Assembly (NCBI RefSeq): GCF_009914755.1
Contig: NC_060938.1
Length of the DNA stretch: 64,000 bases
Source of the DNA: the human T2T-CHM13v2.0 reference genome, Homo sapiens
Strand: one strand, 5' to 3'
This document shows, one piece after another, positions 50,986 through 64,000 of the stretch. The position numbers and the translations under genes were made by a program. Within the stretch, counting starts at the first letter, position 1. The number at the start of each line of letters is the position of its first letter. The notes beneath the pieces were generated by a model. That model was not told where the DNA came from. It saw only the letters and a program-made list of their open reading frames with translations, and searched no databases.

Positions 50986-53900
50986 TAGTCAATAACCACA
51001 CAATGGAGGCTCTTATGGTAAACATTACCCATTTTTAAGTATTTTTCTAATAATTATATTCGAAAGTATTTAAAAAAGTATAAACACAAGTTACATCCTG
51101 TATCCTGGAATATCTGGTTAAATATACATTAAAACTCCTTTAATTTGCACTTTGTCTTGCTTTTGCAAAATGGGAGGCAGTGTAACATGCCCTTGTGAAA
51201 AAAGGAAGTAAATATTTGATGTGAAAAGAAAACAATTTTTAACCTAATAATAAAGAATAATAAATATTTTTAGATATAATTTTGGTAGGGTCATGTATAT
51301 TCAAAGTATAAATATGTAAATCACATAAACTATTACTAATAGCATACTCTTTCCTAGAGTCACTGAATTGATCAAACCAAATAATTTCTGAAAGCATCAC
51401 TGATCTGGTTTGATAAGGTAACATGGGGTGGGTAAGTAGGGCAATGGGAAATGTTATTTGGTATTAAAATTTCAAATAACTGAAAATCTGGATGATATAT
51501 GAGAACCACATCTTTTCCCTTTAAATTTGTTTTCTATTTCATCAGGTTGTACAGGCACAGACTTAAAGTCAAAAACTGTAACTAGGCTTGTTACTAAACC
51601 GGTACTCCCCAACTTGCTCTCCAGTTACATCTTTGTATTTCCATATTGACTTCTACATCTTTAAGTAACATGTTTACATTTTAACCTCTTGATTTTCCAA
51701 TTTTAGACTTAGAAAAATGAAGACTAACTCCTTTTCAGTTACCACCTACTACATACATGCACCACCTCCCTGACTCTTGTGTCCCAGTAGAGTTCTACTT
51801 TTGATTTTAGAATCATTTCAGATTTTCAGAAAACTTGCAAGGATGGTACAGAGAAGTCATATGTACCTTGCACCCAGTTTTCCACATGTTAAACCTCCCC
51901 TTAGCTCATTAGGTATACTGGTGTTCTGTTCTTTCCTTCTCAGAGAGGCCTCTTAAAGCCTCATAATCTGCTCCAATATAGATGGATTAATCTCAGAGCC
52001 TACTAGAGCTCTGTAGTCTTGGAACCTTCATTCATATTTGTGTTCTCTTGCTTCCTGGACACACACACATACACACACTCTCTCTCTTTCCCTCTTTGTT
52101 TACTCCCTCATTTTCATGGAGCACATCCTCTAGAAAGACCTTGCATGTCTTAAAATGACTTCATTTTACTCTCATATTTAGTTGATATTTGTTTGGGTAT
52201 GAAATTTCAGGAAAAAAACCCCACAAATGTCCTTAGTATTTTGAGGCATTATTCAATTGATTCTAACCTTCATTTGTTGTCCTCGTGATATCCAAGCCAT
52301 TCTTAATTCTTCTTACAAAACCTACTTTTTCTTCCTTGATACTTTTAGAATCTTGTGTCCAACTTTATCTTCCAACTATTTATTGAGTCTTTTAAAAATT
52401 CTTACCTTATTTTTAATTTCTAATGCCTCTATTCTTTGAATGCTATAGGAAGTTTGTCAGCAAACTTTAGAAAATTAAAAGCAATGAACTAAACAGTTTA
52501 TTGAAAGCTCTGTGTGTGCAAGCATGTGGCTTATTGTCTAAGGGCTTTTCTGTAGAGTGGCCTGTATGATAGAAACTCCACTGTCAGTAATTTTTGCTCT
52601 TTTCTCTTGACTAGTTAGACTAGTTAGAGTCCTCAGTGAATGTGCTTCTAATCTCCTACCTGGGAGACAAAAGCCTGGCTGCTCACCCACTATGTTACTG
52701 TATAGTCTTTCAGTACAGAGAGAGTGTATTTTATATTCTGGAGATGTTAAAACTCCCAGGGCAAGGAAGAAACTGTTGTCTAGCTGCACAAGAAAGTAGA
52801 GAGAATCTGAAAACCAAACTCTTTTTTAAAAAGACTTTCGGCTGTAATTTAATTTTTAGCCTGTATCTCTCCCGCTCCCATCTGCAGGGGTTACTGGTAT
52901 CATTAATGTGGATCCTTTTTGAGTTCTTTGGTATAAAATTAAGTTGCTTTTCAGATGCTCACTGCTAATTTAGTATTTAGCTTTCTAGTCCATCTGCTTT
53001 CCAGTTTCCAAAAATTTATCATGATTGTGTTCTCTCCTATTATCTTTGTCCTTGCTATGCTATCTAAAAAAATCCTTTTATTGTTGTCTTACTGGGGTTT
53101 AAATGAGGAATGGAAGCTAATGCATATGTTCAACCTACCATTTTAACAAATGTAACCCTGTTATTATTAATCCAATTACAGCCGATATGTTAGATAGGGA
53201 AAAAATTCATATCTTCATAGCCATTTCCTCTCATTTGAAGGGAGATCAGGGCAAAAATTAGAATATATGCATAATATTTAATAATTTTAGGTTTGTCTAA
53301 GACCCCAAACCGGATAATTCTAAGTCCATAAATCTTTCCTAACTGTTTAAATTCCAATTTATTTCAGCGTCATGAGTCATTAAAGCAGAGAGTTCGTGAG
53401 AGAGGAAAGCAGTTGGCTCATGTTCCAAAACAACTCTGAGTGTTTACTGGACTTCAGGAAGCTTATCTTGGTACACTCAGATCAAAGCTATTCACACAAT
53501 GACTGAATAAACACATTGGCTAATGATGATGGCAAAGATTCTGATACGATACTAAGGAAAATACAAATACTAGGACAAGAAAACTTTGAAAAGCATTAAG
53601 AATTTAATTGGGAAGTAAACCTTTTCACTTCATGGGAACGAGTGTGCTAAGTCATCAATCTAAGCATGTGCTGGTGTGAATTGCATAACTGCAACTCTTA
53701 TTAGACAATTATTATTTGAATACTTATTCTGGTATATTCTCCTAGGCTATCATATCACTTTTAAATAATACATTCAAAATTATTGCAGTAAATATGTATT
53801 TATGACACAAGATTGTAATTGACATTGGCATTAAGTTAGTCAGTGTCTAGATTGTTTCTTTAGATTCTTTATATCAAAACAACGTGTTAACAATGGGATG

Positions 53901-54559
53901 AAAGAAAGTAGCTTCCAGTTTCTGAATTGGAGATTTTTCTTTGCAGGATTTTTAATGCTATTGTTCTTTTTTAAAAAGTGGAAGTATGTCTCATCTTAGA
54001 ATAATTATGCTGTGCTCTAGATGTTTGTCCTTGGGAAAACTGAACTTACAGGTAGGGATTAAAATGGAAGCAACTTCCTAGAAGGGCAATTTTTAAAGTG
54101 CTTCCAAAGAGTTAATATCCTCTAATTTTTTATTTCAAGACCTTTTTTCTTGCCTCAGATGAGAACCTTTCTAAATGCATTCTACAAAAGATTTTATACT
54201 TTTTGGTATAGGAATCTAACATCAGAAAACTCCCAAATGAAGCTGTACTTCCCTTCACCATTTTTGAAGTGCAAATCTGCACTTTGATATTTTTCTGCCG
54301 ATGAGAAACAAAAAAGTGGGGGTGGGCACATTAAAGATAGCTTTTATGTCAAATGTTAGGTGGAAGGTCTCTTGGAAATCATGAGTCAGATAACTGATTC
54401 AGGGGGAGAAATCAGGACTCTCTGTGCCCTTGCAGATCACACTGATGTTAGTAACTTTGAGTCCATTATCTTGGAATCTGCTCTGATACCTTCTGCAAAT
54501 GGCCACTGAAGTATTTTGATAAATGGGATTTTTCTTGTCTATTTTTAAGTGGTGGTGAA

Positions 54560-55085
54560 GAGAAATGTTAAATTGCCATAGAGACTGACTATGGGGTGGA
54601 GCCCCAGATATAATGCATGTAGCTGCCAAATTTGGAGGTATCTTTTATTAAAGGAAATTATTTGAAGAAACATTCAGATGATTCTAGCCATACTGAGTCA
54701 CCCTAATCACTGAATCTTCCTAGCTGAGGCCTCAGACATTGTAGAAGAGAGACAAGGATTTCTGAAAAAAAAAAAAAAAAAAAAATCATCACTGTTTAAG
54801 CCACTAAAATTGAAGTAATTTGTTGCACAGCAGTAGCAACTGGAGTAACTGCTTATATTATTTTTCCTTCTAGTAGCTCTGTCACTGTCTTCCCCAAACA
54901 AGGCTGAAGCTGTGCTGCATACTCTTACCTAGCCTAGGAAGTCATAAAACATCACTCTGCTTCATTCTGTTGGATACTGATGAGTCAAAACTTGCCATTT
55001 TCAAAGGAAAAGAATGCAGACACCTCTTAAAAGAGCAGGTGAGATGGGAAATGCATTGTGGCTATCTTTGGAAAATACAATCTGT
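54560..55085. mobile_element. Old MLT1 LTR remnants
   Basis: CAGCTGAGGCC-like / CAGACATTGTAGA..TTTAAGCCACTAAAATTGAAGTAATTTGTTGCACAGCAGTAG. Confidence 0.6.
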
Positions 55086-55478
55086 CACCTGAATCATTAA
55101 CTAGATCATGGCACATCCAAATGTTGGAATATAAGAAACTGAGGAAACCTGCTTAAAAAGTACTTAATGATAAGGGTTGTTTCTGTTGCAATTTTAAGTA
55201 ACATGGGATATAAATATAACGGTGTTTTAAAGGTGTAATTAAATGGAATAAGAGAAGATAAGGATCCAGTACTATTCCTCAGTAAATATGAATATTCACA
55301 AAAATCATAAGTGAATAAATGTCTGCAATAGTATAATATGCCAAATAAGCATGAGAATAAAATATGAAAGCTGAATAGATTAGTACTAATTAAAAACATT
55401 TAAATAATATTTAAAGATTTTGCCAAAACCTAAAATATAATAAATGAAAAGATATGCTTAACCAAGACAGTTAAAAAA

Positions 55479-57190
55479 ATTATTTCTATTTCAATAGTTT
55501 TTGGAGTACAGGTGGTTTTTGGTTACATGGGTAAGTTCTTCAGTGGTGATATCTGAGATTTTGGTGCACCTGTCACCTGAACAGTGTATACTGTACCCAA
55601 TATGTAATCTATTATCCCTCACCTCTCTCCCCGTCTCCATCATTGAGTCCCAAAAGTCCATTATATCATTCTTATGCCTTTGCATCTACATAGCTTAGCT
55701 CTTGCTTATAAGTGAGAACATATGATATTTGGTTTTTCATTCTGAGTTACTTCATTTAGAATAACGGCCTCCACCTCCATCCAAGTTGCTGCAAAAGACA
55801 TTATATCATTCCTTTTTATGGCTGAGTAGTATTCCATGGTGTATACATATCACATATTCTTTATCCACTCATTGATTGATGGGCACATAGGTTGGTTCCA
55901 TATCTTTGCAATTGTGAATTGTGCTGTTATAAATGCACGTGCATGTATCTTTTTCATATAATAACTTATTTTCCTTTGGGAAGATACTTAGTAATGGGAT
56001 TGCTGGATTGAATGGTAGTTCTACCGTTAGTTCTTTAAGGAATCTCCATACTATTTTCCATAGTGGTTGTTCTAATTTACATTCCCACCAGCAGTGTAAA
56101 AGTGTTCCTTTTTCACCACATCCATGCTGACATCTATTGTTTTTTGACTTTTTAATTATGGCCACTCTTGGAAGAATAAGGTGGTATCTCATTGTGGTTT
56201 TAATTTGCATTTTCTTGATGATTAGTGATGTTGAGCATTTTTTCATAGGTTTGTTGGCTGTTTGTATATCTTCTTTTGAGAAATGTCTATTCATGTGCTT
56301 TGCCTACTTTTTGATGGGATTATTTGTTTTTTTCTTGATATTTGTTTGAGTTCCTTGTAGATTCTGGACACTAGTCCTTTGTTGGATGTATAGTTTGTGA
56401 ATATTTTCTTCAACTCTGTGGCTTGTCTGTTTACTTTGCTGATTATTTCTTTTGTTGTGTAGAAGCTTTTTAGTTTAATTAGGTCCCATCTATTTATTTT
56501 TGTTTTTGTTGTGTTTGTCTTGGTGTCTTAGTCATAAATTCTTTACCTAAGCCAATGTCCAGGAGAGTTTTTCTGATGTTATCTTCTCCAATTTTTATGA
56601 TTTCATGTCTTAGATTTAAGTCTTTGATCCATCTTGAGTTGATTTTTGTATAAAGGGAGAGATGGGGATACAATTTTATTCTCCTACATGTGGTCTCCCA
56701 GTTTTCCCAGCACAATTTATTGAATTTTCTCCAATTTATGTTTTTGTAGGCTTTGTTGAAGATCAGTTGGCTGTAAGTATTTGGCTTTATTTCTGGGTTC
56801 TCTATTCTGTTCCGTTGGTCTACATGCCTTTTTCTTTTTATACAAGTACCATGCTCTTTTGGTAACTATAGCCTTGTAGTACAATTTGAAGTCAGGTAAT
56901 GGGATGCCCCCAGCTTTGTTCTTTTTGCTTAGTATTGCTCTGGTTATGTGGGCTGTGTTTTGGTTTCATATGAATTTTAGGATTTTTTTTCTAGTTCTGT
57001 GAAGGATGATGATGGTATTTTGATGGGAATTTCACTGAATCTGTAAATTGCTTTGGGCAGTATGGTCATTTTTACAATACTGATTCTTCCTACTCAAGAG
57101 CATAGAATGTGTTTCCATTTGTTTGTGTCATCTATGATTTCTTTCAAAAGTGTTTTGCAGTTTTCCTTGCAGAGATCTTTCACCTCTTTT
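55479..57190 (-). mobile_element. L1PB-like LINE-1, 5'-truncated
   Basis: ORFs 55869..56294 and 56494..56715 are ORF2p C-terminal pieces. Degenerate TSD TAACCAAGA at 55459-55467 and 57192-57200. Confidence 0.92.
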
Positions 57191-57199
57191 ATAACCAAG

Positions 57200-58700
<1,501 letters not shown>

Positions 58701-59380
58701 CTGCTATAGTTTGTAGAGTACAATTAACTCTGTGTATCTGAAATACAGGAAAATACAAAGAAAAAGAAATTACACAATGTACAAAACATCTTACACATAT
58801 GAATACCAAAGGAAAAATGTGGATAAAAGATAAAAGAAAAACTATTTGCTGTTTTTCATTGAAAAGAAAACATGAGGCAGGGTGAACAGGTATAAAGGCA
58901 TGGCTGGGTGAAAGAGTGTGGTATGTTTGGGGAAGTGCTAGTGATTTAGAGTGGCTGGAGCTTGGGATGCATACCTGGGTAGGTGGTGGAGATGAGGCTG
59001 ATGAAGTCTAGAGAGCTCAGATCGAGAATACCTTGTGTTTTAAAGTAAGGAGTTAAAAAATGTAGGGAGGCCATTGAAATCTATGAATAGGAAGAATGAC
59101 AGACTGCATTTGACATACTCAGTACCATAGAGATTGGATTGGAAAGGCTGAAGCAAGGAAGACAGGAGACTACTGCAAGGTGTTTAATTTGATGTGGTAG
59201 CCAAGGGAGCAAAAGAAGTCAAAAATGTGACTTTGAGATTCTGAGTGAAGTACACAGTGATTTCATTAAACAAGATAGAGAAGATGGTGGTGCAGACAAG
59301 ATTCCCCAGATCCCAAGAGTCAGTGTGTAAAATCATGCTTTATGGATAAGACCAGTTAGATATACGCTAAATGTAATATA

Positions 59381-59727
59381 CAATCATCTTTGCTTAACCA
59401 TGAGAATATGGTCTGAGGAATCTGTCAGGTGATTTCATGGCTGTGCAAACATTGTGACTGTGCAAACTTACACAAACCTAGATGGTATAGCTTGTTTCAC
59501 ACCTAGGCTATGTGCTATAGCCTATTGTTCCTAGGCTACCAACCTGTACAGCATGCTACTGTAATGAACACTGTAGGCAACTGTAACACAATGAGAAGTA
59601 TTTGTGTATGTCAACATTTCTAAACCTAGAAAAGGTACAGTAAAAATACTGTATTATAATCTTATGGGACTACTGCCATATATGTGGTCCGTCATTGACT
59701 GAAACATCCTTAAGGGGTGCATGACTA
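59381..59727 (+). mobile_element. Tigger3a-like MITE
   Basis: TA-flanked ends CAATCAT...CATGACTA; internal ACTTACACAAACCTAGATGGTATAGC and CTTATGGGACTACTG. Confidence 0.88.
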
Positions 59728-59761
59728 TATTCTGAAACAAAGGCAAGAAGTATAAAATCAG

Positions 59762-59855
59762 GCTATATTAGCATATATATAACTGCTATGGCTATATATA
59801 TATGTATGTATATGTGTATGTATACATATATGCTATATATATATGCTATACATAG

Positions 59856-59895
<40 letters not shown>

Positions 59896-59988
59896 CCATA
59901 GCAGTTATAGCATATATAGCATGGCCATAGCAGTTATAGCATATATAGCATAGCATATATAGCATGGTTATATATAGCATATATATAA
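59762..59988. repeat. Compound (TA)n/TAGCA palindromic and tandem repeat
   Basis: (TA)19 at 59857-59894 inside nested inverted repeats (see findings). Confidence 0.93.
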
Positions 59989-61439
59989 GAAATAACTCCT
60001 TGATTCTATCTGAAACATGATAAACTTAGATAACTTGTCAGAAGGTAGAGGTTGTAGCATGTATTCAGTACTTTTCATTGATAAAAGAGATAAAATAGGT
60101 CAACAGCAATTAGTATGTTAATAAGGAAGAAGCCCCTCGAGTGGGGGAAGATGTTTATGATTTCTCCTTGGTCTGGGTATAATATTTCTGTGAGGTCAGA
60201 GCCCTGCTTGAATAGCTACCACTTTGTTCTACTTCTGCTTATCATACAGCTTCTCTTATCGATTGCTTCAGGGGTGAGTGCAGAGACACAGAGATAATTG
60301 GTTTTGCAGATATATTGATGTGTGTAAAAAATTTTGTATATTTTCTGTAAAATAGAAAACTGGCAATTTAATTAATGTCTCTTGTAAACATATTAGGGTC
60401 ATTAGGTTTCCCTGTATATAGTTGACTTTGGAGCACTAGACAAGATCAGGTTGATGGATGTAAAAAGCTAAGGCCTGGTCCCACATCATGATACATTCAC
60501 CAAATTTCATCCAGGGAGATTTCTAGGCAGCCAGCCATTTGGCTTTTCTCCAGCCAGTTGAGATGTATGTGAGACAGTTAAATGGAAATGTTTAAAAATG
60601 TTGGAATTGGAGTGAATCTGGGCTGACGAAAGAGAACTTGAAGAACTGGTGTTAGATGCTGTTTTAGGAGGGAGTGAGATTTCCCCAGGAGGAGTATGCA
60701 AATTAAAAAGAAAAGCAGGTTATTACTTGAACTAGCACAACCCTTACATAAAAGGATAAGGGGAGTCAAAGCAATCAGACAATTTTCCTTTTCCAAAATA
60801 CTTATCAGGAAGTCAACAACTGAGGCAAAGATTTTAAGTGTTTAGGATTTAAGTGAGGTTGTTGTTAGCAACAAGAAAGGAAAAGACAAGATGACAGTGA
60901 GACAGATTGGAAAAAAGAAACAAAAATATTATCTGATGCAACGTGGAATAACCAGGAAGAGGATGGCAACAGAGTTATAGCTGAGATTTCTGAACTGAGA
61001 CACTGGCAATTCAAATGAGACAGTAAAAGAACATTACAGAATATTTAGTTTTGATAGAAGAGCAAGAATTTGTTTGGAGGAATATCAAATATAACCCTAA
61101 TAAGACATCAAGGTGAGGTTTTGAGCAGCCATATTATTTTAGTACCTTTGTATTTATTCGTTGTTTATTCCCTTACAGGTAGTTAGAATGCAACACTGGA
61201 AGAATGTGAGTTTGAGACTAGAAAGAAAAATTGAGGTAGCATTCATATGGCAACTTCATATGACTTGATGTGAGTAAAAGAGATTTCTGCTGGAGGATGG
61301 GGAAGTGGTCTGCATGAGACAAAAGCTAAAATTATAACTTTGGGGAACTTTTGGAGGCTGAGGTCAGAGAAATCTAAGGAGTTTCTAGTGCAGAGTCCTA
61401 GAAATAAAAGGTGAAGAGATTTTTGGTGCCTGATCCCTC

Positions 61440-64000
<2,561 letters not shown>

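Noticed and set aside
59762-59988. CRISPR-like or regularly spaced repeat array
   Set aside because: Eukaryotic low-complexity repeat with no unique spacers or associated genes.

Overview
This is primate genomic DNA, almost certainly human (AluJ/S/Y and L1PA2 are present). It contains one protein-coding gene, the intronless endothelial group-14 C-type lectin CLEC14A, on the minus strand (CDS 18712..17240, 490 aa). The gene sits in a CpG island with an ETS site and a G-rich GC box upstream and three stacked poly(A) signals downstream. From recall of the gene, this is the chr14q21 locus. The remaining ~60 kb is AT-rich, gene-poor DNA dominated by interspersed repeats: L1 of many ages, Alu, MaLR/ERVL LTRs, Tigger3, MER5, L2, MIR and microsatellites. 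Nearly all other ORFs in the track are repeat-derived or shadow ORFs. I do not see evidence for a wholly new biological system. The most unusual signal is an ~11 kb L1/Alu mosaic (21915-32990) in which an older L1 segment sits inside a younger L1 and a broken Alu, with an inverted ~46 bp breakpoint duplication, implying a non-retrotransposition rearrangement. Also notable are an intact ORF0-like antisense ORF in the L1PA7/8-like 5'UTR, templated-insertion repair scars, a twin-primed L1 with a short 3' transduction, and perfect palindromes. Repeat subfamily names and boundaries are by eye and approximate.
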